From positions 153,239,141 through 153,303,140 of the forward strand of contig NC_068983.1 of NCBI RefSeq assembly GCF_001194135.2: DNA of 64,000 nt, given 5' to 3'. The notes below the pieces were generated by a model, which worked only from the letters and a program-made list of their open reading frames with translations, was not told the origin of the DNA and made no database searches. The translations under genes and the position numbers were made by a program. Each line of letters begins with the position of its first letter. Position 1 is the first letter of the stretch. The DNA comes from Octopus bimaculoides. Its lineage: Eukaryota. Shown here piece by piece: positions 13,281-24,636 of the stretch.

Positions 13281-14578
13281 AGTGTGAATATGCATTTATA
13301 TGCAAATGAAGATTTCTAGAGTCTTTATCCTGAATTTAATCCAAAATTTCCTATTGTTTTGCTTAAGAAACATTTTGAATATATATCTTTTTGGTTTTAT
13401 AGTGAAACATTTGCAGAGTAAAGAATCTGACAGAAATGTCTTTTCTTGTCTCTGGATCTAGTGGCAATAACAATGTATGAAGTCTTAGTTTACATAACAA
13501 TGTTTTTATAAAGAAAGAGCACTTAATAATTCATTAATAGATAACTAAAATCAAAGTACTTATTGATATCCACTAAAAGCTCTGTATTCTTCCCCAGTCA
13601 GAGGTGACTGTGGTTCAACAACAAAAACATTTGAATTACATAATTCAAAATAGAAATATCATAAATTCAGAGAGCGGTGTTATCTGTTCGTAAACACTAC
13701 CTACGCATTACACCTCCATGGTCGCTTCGTTCCAAGTTGATATTTTCAACTAACATTCTGACAATCAATACTTTGATTGTTTTTCATTCTTCTAAAGACA
13801 TGTTAGTATATATTAAAGATCTTATTCAAACACTTGAAGCAGCATTTCAATGCCCTTTCCACCATGAAATCGGTAGCATAGTTTGATTTAATTTCACGAA
13901 ACTCAATTGAGGGAAACACGGGTATACTATGCGTGTTTTAGCTTCGTTAGTATGGTAAAAGTGGTGATGCTTATTGAGACCTCATATATATATATATATA
14001 TATANNNNNNNNNNNNNNNNNNNNNNNNNNNNNNNNNNNNNNNNNNNNNNNNNNNNNNNNNNNNNNNNNNNNNNNNNNNNNNNNNNNNNNNNNNNNNNNN
14101 NNNNNNNNNNNNNNNNNNNNNNNNNNNNNNNNNNNNNNNNNNNNNNNNNNNNNNNNNNNNNNNNNNNNNNNNNNNNNNNNNNNNNNNNNNNNNNNNNNNN
14201 NNNNNNNNNNNNNNNNNNNNNNNNNNNNNNNNNNNNNNNNNNNNNNNNNNNNNNNNNNNNNNNNNNNNNNNNNNNNNNNNNNNNNNNNNNNNNNNNNNNN
14301 NNNNNNNNNNNNNNNNNNNNNNNNNNNNNNNNNNNNNNNNNNNNNNNNNNNNNNNNNNNNNNNNNNNNNNNNNNNNNNNNNNNNNNNNNNNNNNNNNNNN
14401 NNNNNNNNNNNNNNNNNNNNNNNNNNNNNNNNNNNNNNNNNNNNNNNNNNNNNNNNNNNNNNNNNNNNNNNNNNNNNNNNNNNNNNNNNNNNNNNNNNNN
14501 NNNNNNNNNNNNNNNNNNNNNNNNNNNNNNNNNNNNNNNNNNNNNNNNNNNNNNNNNNNNNNNNNNNNNNNNNNNNNG

Positions 14579-14645
14579 ATTTGCTCGACTAAAGGTGGTG
14601 CTCCAGCAAGGCCGCGGTCAAATGACTGAAACAAGTAAAAGAGTA
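14579..14645 (+). mobile_element. SINE family A 3' tail
   Basis: GGTGGTGCTCCAGCAAGGCCGCGGTCAAATGACTGAAACAAGTAAAAGAG is the reverse complement of the tail at 57601-57670. Confidence 0.8.
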
Positions 14646-14894
14646 TATATATATATATATATATATATTTATTTATACATATATATTTATACATATATTT
14701 ATCTCTCTCTAATGAATCGGCAGCAGTACTTATTTTTTAAAGACTTGTACTTATTCTATCAATGTTTTGTCGAATCACTATGATATGGAAACCTAAACAC
14801 AAACTCAAAGATGCGCCCACACTCACATGCACACACATACACACATACACACACACACACCCACACACACACACTCACTCTCTCTCTCTCTCTC

Positions 14895-14944
<50 letters not shown>

Positions 14945-14945
<1 letters not shown>

Positions 14946-15065
14946 GACGATCTTCTATAGTAGTAGACACCTGCCCACGTAGCCACCTGCCCACGTAGCC
15001 ACCCAGCGGGACTGAACAGAACCATGTGCTTGGAAATCAAACTTCTTACCACACAACCATACATG
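14945..15065 (-). mobile_element. SINE family A head fragment with internal 16-bp tandem duplication
   Basis: TAGTAGACACCTGCCCA..GGGACTGAAC..GAACCATGTG..CTTACCACACAACCA; CACCTGCCCACGTAGC occurs twice. Confidence 0.75.
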
Positions 15066-15639
15066 CAGGTCTTTTCTTGGTACCTGTCTCATACCATTTT
15101 CCTTAACTTTCTGTAACTTATTAAAGTTCTTCTTTAAGTGAAAACGAATAAGCAGATCATGAGCATACACGAACTTAATGCTAATTTATGTTTAGTCACA
15201 TAAGTGCATCTTCCCCTCGGGTTTGAATTGCTGGCACTTGTTAACTGTCCTTTATACGCATAGAGAGAACAATGTCCAATCATATGTCCTTATGTGTGCG
15301 TATATGTACTTACATGTTTGTTTGTGTATCTGGTTATAGATAAATTCACGTAGTAACTAGTAATAAACTATTACCTCTATAGCTGGATTTTCTGCGATAA
15401 AACCAGTTGACTCACTTGAAATGATCGGTGAGATGCCTTTCATGATGCCTAACAGCAAGAGAATAGTTGTTTTTCAAATGAGTGGAAAACCAGGCTTCGT
15501 ATCAAAGCTTAATTAGCAACCACACTTGGGACATGGAATTATCCGATTTTGTGAACAAGTGCTTTATGAGAGAGTGATGGATAAAGTCAGAAATTGCAAT
15601 ACTTTTTCAGTTTGGTACAATTAATATTAATATTGATTT

Positions 15640-16250
15640 TCTAAATATGCTGCAGTTGTATCGCGATCAGGGTCTTAAGGTAGGCAGCACTCTTTTAGTA
15701 GGAACCCAAGGAAATTTTACGTGGGAATATTTTCGGTCAATATTACCTCATATCGTTGGCTATGCTACACTAGGCTGGTTTTTGTGATATGTGTAGAATC
15801 AAAGCTTAGTGTGGTGTTACATAATGCACAATTCTGCTCTTAATGCGAGCAAAGCTGAAGCTAGTTGTTAGAAGAAAGTATGCAACAAATAAGACTAAGT
15901 TTCTGAAACAGTAAAGTGCTGACAAATTCGACGCTCTGCAATATATGTGTCTTTTCGTGGAACTTGTAAATGAATCACCTGATATTTCATTATCTGATGT
16001 TGAACAAAATGTCCATGTGAGTTCTGCAAATATTTCCATAAAAATTATTCAGAAATATTTGAGCTTCTAGATATTTAGCATAAATTACAACAGAAATTAT
16101 TCAATGCTAATTGACTTAGAACGGAACATTTGGAAACTGAGGGATTATTGAAGCCACACAAATCGAGAACTGAGGCCAAGGAAGAACGGGAGATATTTGA
16201 GATTATCCACAGTAACGTTACTGGGTTTTAACAAAATCTCAAAAGAGTGT
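15640..16250 (+). mobile_element. Very degenerate RTE-like LINE fragment (endonuclease end and linker)
   Basis: Broken frames read GLKVGSTLF.., LLMRAKLKLVVRRK..KFDAL and KSRTEAKEER, resembling the APE-RT linker of RTE LINEs. There are many stops. Confidence 0.35.
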
Positions 16251-19194
16251 ACAATATTGCACAAATTGTTCAAAGATATATTTGATCCTATCCAATGAAC
16301 GACTGCTCCTCTTTGTTTTAGACATAGGTCCCATAATACTTATTTTAAGAAATGTAATCTGGGGAGATGAAAGACCATTTGACAAATATTTTTCATATTT
16401 TCATTCTCTGTACACGAAAAACATATCGAAAACCTAACATGGCAACATGTTATTCAAGAATCGATAGCGTTCTTAATAGAGAGGCAGTCAACAAATTTTA
16501 TCAGACTAAAAGATAGGTAAAATAACATCTTAGAGCTGATTATATACCAGATACGATTACTAAGAATCATAGTGATGTAGTGTTTGTAGTCGCTCCTTGT
16601 TTTGATAAAAAAACAGTTATTAACTATACACTCATGCCTACAGCCTAGTTAATTCACATCAATTGTGAATTACATGTGAATGCAAATGTAAATGTTTAGC
16701 TATAGAATATTACTTTGTGGCTCAGTCGAGAACATTTCCATATCAGCACCGTCTATATTCCGTTACAGCGCACAAAACACAGATATAGTCGTATATATAA
16801 TCAAGAAGAAATAATTTTATTGGAACAGAAAAGTTGTTTTTAATTTTTTTTTTTGGCATACCTATGGCGTATGTTTACATTGGGTGACGGCGAAGAACGT
16901 ATCACAAATTAGGTGGGCAGGAATTTTGAAGTTGATAAATTAACTTGCAGTTTTAAAGATATTAGATACTAGAAGCAAAATTAAACAAATTATTAAGAAC
17001 ATTTCGAAACATTAAAATATATGCATTAATATTAACCTGCATTTTTACGTTTTCTGATTCAAATTTTAGAAATCTAATAATACAGTTTACCATTTCTCCG
17101 TAAATTATACTGTCATCATCTTCTAAGGATTTAGTATAAGGAAATAAATCTTTTGTTTGTTCTATGCTAGTATACACTCGTTTAATATTTACTCAGAGAC
17201 TATCGACCTAGTAACAGTAACAGACACAATGTTACATGGTGGGACTCGCAATGCAGACAGAGCAGTTAGAAATTAAATTTCCTAACGCTCTATTTCGGGG
17301 CGATTCGCAGGCTTCATTATAACTATTCACATGCTCTCCAATGATGACCACAACCCTGAACCATCAACATATTTTCAGTTTTCCCAATATCTACGTCACT
17401 AAAGCTAAAATTTATGACAAACGCAAAGCACATCAACATAGCAAAAACACAACAATTAGGAAAATCAATAATGCACCAAGTTGTCATCTAAAAAAAGTAG
17501 GACTTTATATTATGCTTGCTATGATGTTTTAAATTCAATATGTCAGTTTTTATATACTATCTTAGGATATAGTACATAAACGGAAATTTTCTATATTCAA
17601 TGAAACAAAGGCCTTTATAAAAATGTCAATCAAACGTATTGTCTTGTACACCACAAACATTTTCGTTGCTGTTTTATCAGAAATCCATTGTTTCTGATTC
17701 AATCACAAAACAACATCTTAACACTCTTGCTCCCACACGCGTACAATTGTTTAGTTTATCTCTTCCTAAATCAATTTTACATGTGTCTACATATTCAAAA
17801 TACACAGGCCCATGCAGATACATACGGATACATACACAATGTGTATGCGAGTGTGTATGTGCGTTATTCCTTAGTTGCAAAGTATAATGACGAAAACGGG
17901 ACTCTATTTCCGTTCTCAGTTTTTTCAAAGTAATGACAAAATGAGTTAGCGGGATATCATGTATATCATTCATAACAGGATACAAAACGAATACAAAAGG
18001 AGTTATAGCGTTTATCATTGTGAAATAATGATATAAAATTCATTGGTATGATTAATTCTGTATGCCAAAGTAATAAAGGACTGCATCCACATAAAAACCA
18101 CAACAGGGTGATACTAAAATATTATCAGAGAATATTCCCGAATGGTTTTGAGAAAAACAACTCATTCATGTTTGTATATAAACCGATCTACATTGATGTA
18201 CGAGGAGAAGGTTTTGCGTTCATTAAAACGTTCGTTTTAAACAAAGTATTGTGAAATGGATGTTTCGAGTCTAGCGTTAATATAAAATTAAACATAGCAA
18301 GTGAGCAGAAAGAAATGTTATGAAATATGTATTTATATTTAAGACAAAGTTAGACGGAAAATAATGGAAGAATATGAAGTCCAAGAGAAAAAAAGAAGAA
18401 AAAATATTTTAGGGAAAATTATTAGTCTCAGTGGGTTTAAAAATGTAAAGTTACAAATAATTACAGCAAAATACCAAAATATAAGGGACTTGATCTTTTG
18501 GTTGCAGTTCGGAGCGACTCTCTTTCGAGTAATTATTGTTGAAGAGGAAATAACTATTGCGAAATGCATGTATTCATTAATCTGGGTACCAGGCGCCTTG
18601 AACTGACTTCGTGTGTTCACACCTGTACGTCTGCAGCGAGAATTTTCGTCAAAATGCAGTGAATGGCTCGAATATGTCTCAAGCATATTTGAACTGGTTT
18701 ATATTTGTACACATGAATGTTTAGTTCTTGTAATTTGTATTATAGTCATAGGAACAGCAGGTCGATAACGAATGAAGAAACAAATTTGTCTTTAAATTAA
18801 CTTTGAAAAGTTGGAATGCAGGGTGTAATAAAATGAATGTATCCATTAATTTGGCAGAGAAATTTTGGTAAGGATTGATATGAATATGAATTATAATACC
18901 AAACTGTGTCACTCGGGGTAAAATCTTAAAAGTATTAGATAATGAAGTCTACTTAATTACAAAAGATATAAATATTCAACAACAATAGCACAGACCGCAG
19001 CGACAACACCAACAGCATTGCGACAACAGCAACGGTCAGAGAAAATAAACAATTCACCGGTATTTGAGCTCTAATTTCACGAACCGTTTTTATGAGCTGA
19101 TTCACGCTTTCCTTTTACAAATTTTATTCTCTAATTCGCCCCACACTTCTACCAGCTAGTACTACTGTCGCTGCCGCTGCTGCTGCTGCCACTG

Positions 19195-19236
<42 letters not shown>

Positions 19237-19292
19237 TATACACATTCATTTATATGCATATATAGATTTGTAAGTATGTATATATGTATATA

Positions 19293-19338
<46 letters not shown>

Positions 19339-19343
19339 TTAAA

Positions 19344-19620
19344 GTTTCAGCTTAGAGCTGCGGCCATGCTGATGCACCACCGTGTTGCTACACTGTTATT
19401 ACAGGGAGCCTCTTACAATATGTGGCACTTGGTGAAGAATGGAGTTTGATTTAGCAACCCTCATTTGCACCTCTTGCCGCGAGGTAGGTTCATCTGGGAC
19501 TTTCGATAGGAAGAGGTCCAGCTTTGATTTAAAAACTCCTCCATCTACTTTGTGTAGATTCCTCAGGCTCTTTGGGAAAATATTAAAAAGCTGTGGGTAA
19601 ATTAAAATCTTTACCATACG
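19344..19620 (-). mobile_element. 3' end of a CR1/L2-group LINE (ORF2 C-terminus plus structured tail)
   Basis: PQLFNIFPKSLRNL..VFKSKLDLFLSKVPDEP..SNSILHQ, then the stop, then the tail GGTGGTGCATCAGCATGGCCGCAGCTCTAAGCTGAAAC. Confidence 0.75.
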
Positions 19621-21282
19621 TCATGATGTCAAAAAAAGTAGATGAAATCTATTGTCGTATTATAATATCACATTGGAAGAAATGTGTTCGAGAATATGGT
19701 ATTAAAATCTAGCTTGGCATTCGTAGCATCCCAGCTGGTTTGTGAAACAATCTGACAGCTGAAGAAGCCACTTATTTGAATTTAATAATCCATTTTATTG
19801 GCAGATGTTTTTACGAGTTTCATTAAAAAAGTCATTTTATTATTACATGTAGTTGCTTCTACCAATTTTCTATTATATCATGTCAAACTGCGCAAAAATA
19901 ATGCAAAACTGATTTTCAACGCAAACGTCCTCATCTTTAAGTGAGCAAAAATTATATAGACAGCTAAGAGTTCAAGAAAGCATTCTTAGTATAATTTCAA
20001 TGGGAAAATGATATCGGAAAACTCATTACCCATGTGATAGGGTTTATTTGAGTGAATATCCATGAATCGGCAGGAAATCAACATGAGACTGTAAAGTGCC
20101 TGTGGTATAATTTTGAATGAAATGGGTGTTAGTCAAGGTAAAAACACCATCATTCGAACACCAGTATGTTCTATTGGAAAACGTTGCAGAATCATATAGT
20201 ACGTATTCCATGCAACATTCTTCAGGAGGAAAATCTGAAGTAGTGGAATGGGTTTACGGAGATTGCTTTGAATAAAATGCTTTGGGTTACCATTGATTTT
20301 AACTTAGAGCCAAAGTATATTTTGTGTTTTGCCATCTTATGGAGATCGATAGACTGTTTCATTAATTATCTCTAACAGAATAATCATTCACACAGCGTAA
20401 AATCTGTTAGTGATGTAGCAATAATCTAAAAACTTATTCCTGATCCGTTGATCGATATATCAAACGTTTGGACGTCAGTGACAATAATACCTCCAAATAC
20501 ATTAGAAACTCTCTTATTATATTCAGAAACGATCGGCCCCACCGCTACTTGCTGCTTTCACTTAACTAGAATATACACTTGCGTCTTTGTCTTCTGATGT
20601 AACAAGTGTAAGTCTGTGTTTACACAGATGTAGTCTAGCACCCTTCGCTCAGCATGTAACTCTCTCGTTCGCAAATGAGGGGATTTCCTTGAAAGTTGAA
20701 TTGCACTGCTTTTCACCACATTCAAACTTAAATAGAACAGATAAAGTGGTGAGTATAAACATATCATGAAATGTTTAATATGTTCAGACTATGATATTAC
20801 AAATTGTCTAAAACAGAACGTATAACTTTGGGAAACAAAAACTTAAATTAGTGACGCATATGGAAATGTAATTTCAATAGACAAAAATATGATTCATTGA
20901 CAAGAAAAACAAACTACACTTCAATTTTGTGGGAAGAAGGCCAATATTTTGTTTGTTTCCTTACTGCTACTAAAAGGATGCTATTCTTCTTGTATGCAAC
21001 GCAGCGTATTTATATACAAACTGATGAAAATCACAAGCACGAGAAGCGGATTGGCAAGATGCAGTTACCCAATTTGCCTAACATCTCAGTTGTACGGCAA
21101 CGAATTTCAAATTTATTTTAAATCCATATCATGACATGCCTCGTGTTGAATTCAGCGATAACATGGTGTTATATCACATCGTGCTAAAAATGCAAAATGC
21201 CTAGGGATCAGATGTGGCATGGACTCTTTGATATGCACAGTACTAAAACTTGTGGGGCGAGTCAGAATGTGGCGTTATAGTC

Positions 21283-21430
21283 CTGTGGCAGTGTGTTAAA
21301 AATCTTGCTTCACAACCACATGATTCCAGGTTCAGTCCCTCTGCGTGTGGCACCTTGGGCAAGTGTGGAGCAGACCAAAGCCTTGTGGGTGGATTTGGTA
21401 GATGGAAATTAAAAGAAGTCCATCGTATAT
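21283..21430 (+). mobile_element. SINE family A head
   Basis: TGGCAGTGTGTT..AACCACATGATTCCAGGTTCAGTCCC..GGCACCTTGGGCAAGTG..AAAGCCTTGTGGGTGGATTTGGTAGATGGAAA. Confidence 0.8.
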
Positions 21431-21469
21431 ATAGGATTAGTGGTATTAAATGGAAGGTTACTAGTGTTC

Positions 21470-21790
21470 TAAATTACGTTATGTGTTGATATTTAGTTGT
21501 GGAAGATATTTATTGATGAAAGTTGCCTCTTTATTCATTCTTTGTTGTATTGAGGTGTTCTGTGAACATTGACAGAAGGGAAAAATTAGGAAATTAGGTT
21601 TACGTTTCCTCGCACGCCTTTCTATGTGTCCACTGGCCTGTATCTGTCTGTATTGTGGGTGGCGGATTTGTTCTTGGTGGAGAGTGGTTCTTCTACGGAG
21701 TGATATCCTGTTTGGCCAATATAATTATTACCACACCCTAAGCATGCACTGGCATAGATTAGATTTACCGAGGCACAGGTGAAATTTGAT
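21470..21790 (-). mobile_element. Penelope-like element GIY-YIG endonuclease fragment
   Basis: FTCASVNLIY...CLGCGNNYIGQTG (NLIY-CxxC-YIGQT). Shifted frames give HQEQIRHPQYRQIP and KEATFINKYLPQLN-like text. Confidence 0.8.
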
Positions 21791-21859
21791 ATATATATAT
21801 GTACATATATATATATGTATATGCGTCTTGCAAACAACTTGCACATGCAAGTGCTACCA

Positions 21860-23105
21860 GTCAAGAACTCCGTATACCGGAAGCCAGCAAGTGTATGGGG
21901 TCATCAGGAGAGAATGCGCGCCGTTTCGGGGCCTACCTCTCGACGGCATCAATGCGCACCGGCCCCCCTCACTGATATGAGGCCCCGCTTGCTAGATGAA
22001 CTGATTATTAAACAAAGCTCAATATTTCTCTAGCCATCGCTCATCGTCTCTTTTTAACCAAATCCAGTGGCTAGCCTTCTCCACTGTAGTTTGAATATCG
22101 GTAATGGTGGTATTTACCTTCCGATGAGTTAGGCCTAACGATAACAGCAGTCGTTTCACACTGTTTCCTACAAATCCTCTACATCCGACTTCGATTGGAA
22201 AATGCTCCGCTTTCCAGCCTGCGTCTTCACATTTCTCGAGAAGGTTTTCATAATGGTCCATCTTTTGAGCCCGCGCGGCGTCCATATTATCTTCATGAGG
22301 AACCGTTAACTCAACTAGATTTACAACTTTTCTTCTTTCACACCACATTAAAATGTCAGTTTTTTTCCATAACTGGGATGGGAAAGAATGCCTGGCACCC
22401 AGGCAAATCTGCAGTCACTTCCCAATAGTCGTTCCACTTTTCATTTCTCACAGGAAGTTTCCTGTTCTTTTTCTTGAAACGGATCCGCTGACCTAAGCGC
22501 ACGAAGGTAATAAAATCTTTAGATGGTTCTTTCAACGGTTTTTTTCTCAGTGTTGTTGAGATGAATTTGGTTCTTCATAGCATTGAAGATAAGCTTCAAG
22601 ACCAGGTTGTGTCTCCATGTATATCCATTCAATGCTAAGGAACAGTTGGAAAGAATATGTTTCAGTGTTCCGACCTTTCCGCATTTGCATATGTCATTCT
22701 CTGAGACGTTCCATCTTGCGAGATTCCTAGGTGACGGCAAAACATCATAGGATCAACGAATCAGAAAACTTAGCCGAGATGTCGTCCACTTCCATATTTC
22801 ATCCCAACGTATTTTCCTCTCAACAACATGTTCTTCCCATCTCTTTATCTGTCCTTGTTGACTACATCGGATCAAATGAAGCTCTCTTCTCTCTGCTTCT
22901 GCTTTCCACTTCCTTGCTGTTTTCACTTCTGGTGGGTTCTGCCTGATTTCCGTATTCTTCGATTCTCTCAGCATCATCACCGTCCGTATCTTCCCTAGTT
23001 TATATATTTCGACTATTGATGCTAGTGGTAACTGCAACGAACCTCTTTTACGATAAAGAGCTGAACTGTTCAACATCCGAGGTAGGCCTAGCCACTTTCG
23101 AATGA
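21860..23105 (-). mobile_element. HERO-like (R2 superfamily, RLE) non-LTR retrotransposon 3' portion with 3' UTR
   Basis: [62 protein letters not shown] (CCHC knuckle), VELTVPHED..KMDHY..PIEVGCRGF (restriction-like endonuclease) and EKASHWIWLKR. Confidence 0.88.
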
Positions 23106-23223
23106 ACACATTATATATATGTATGTATGTATGTAGGTATGTATGTATGTATGTATGTATGTATGTATGTATGTATGTATGTATGTATATATATATATGT
23201 ATGTATATATATATATGTATGTA

Positions 23224-23259
<36 letters not shown>

Positions 23260-23459
23260 CATATATANNNNNNNNNNNNNNNNNNNNNNNNNNNNNNNNN
23301 NNNNNNNNNNNNNNNNNNNNNNNNNNNNNNNNNNNNNNNNNNNNNNNNNNNNNNNNNNNNNNNNNNNNNNNNNNNNNNNNNNNNNNNNNNNNNNNNNNNN
23401 NNNNNNNNNNNNNNNNNNNNNNNNTATGTATATATATATATGTATTTATGTATATGTAT

Positions 23460-23545
23460 ATGTCTCCCATTCCATCAACACTTAACAACTGGTGTAGGTC
23501 TAATTATTTCCCTGTAAACTAGCGGTTCGTCAAACAACCGTGCGT
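23460..23545 (+). mobile_element. SINE family A 3'-half fragment
   Basis: CACTTAACAACTGGTGTAGG..CCCTGTAAACTAGCGGTTCGTCAAA resembles 51825-51890. Confidence 0.5.
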
Positions 23546-24414
23546 TGTTTGAGCTTAAGCATAGTTTATATATGGTTTTTCCAAATTTGCATAAAATTCA
23601 CGTGAAACCTAATGCTGCTCACACAATCAGACACAAGAGGATGGTAAAATTTTATATATTTCCTTGTTGCACACATTTATATACGCATTAATGTACTAAC
23701 ATATACACTCATATATCAGCACGATGGGTTACGTATTAACTATGGATATTCATGCGCATAAATATAAATTCATGTACTGATTTAGAATAACATTTACATT
23801 TACGGATATTAGTATATTATATATGCATATATATGTATGATTCTGTTTTATTGTCTGGAAATCGAATCTAAAGCACGTTTAATTTCGTTTTCTCCTGCCA
23901 TTCTTTAATTTGGCACTTCTCAACATGAACTGATATAATTACAGATGTGGTATATAATGAGGTAAAGTGCAGCTAATAGGACACGATTTACACTCTTACT
24001 GTTAAGAGTCATTCAGTTGAATAAAAAAAGAATAAATCCTGCATATCCATATATACAAAATATATTGAAAAAAGAAATTATTCTCTGAAGGGTTCTAATT
24101 ACAATAGATGAGATAATAAAATACTCTTATAGAAGCAAAGAATGAAAGTTAAAAAAAACACAATAAAACAACCAAATAAACAAAACGAAAAAGAATATAT
24201 ATATATAAAGCTAGAGATGAAAAAAAAAACATTTTTTTCTTCTTACAAATTCATATATCTTAATTGTGGATAGAATTCTATGTAATCTCAAAGGGTTGCT
24301 ATTAAATCGTCATATCCATTCTAAAGAGCTTTTAACGCACTAAATTTTTTTTTCAGACATTATATCGTTTTATATATTCATTTTGTTGTTACTGACTTGA
24401 CATAAAGCAGATAA

Positions 24415-24636
<222 letters not shown>

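Noticed and set aside
16210-16223. Perfect 14-bp palindrome CAGTAACGTTACTG
   Set aside because: It is isolated, lies within a decayed LINE-like region, and has no supporting feature.
18339-18690. Overlapping 80-115 aa ORFs as a possible host exon
   Set aside because: No recognisable domain, AT-rich low-complexity composition, and no clear splice context.
20000-20330. Coding-like patch
   Set aside because: It has multiple stops in all frames and no motif that I recognise.
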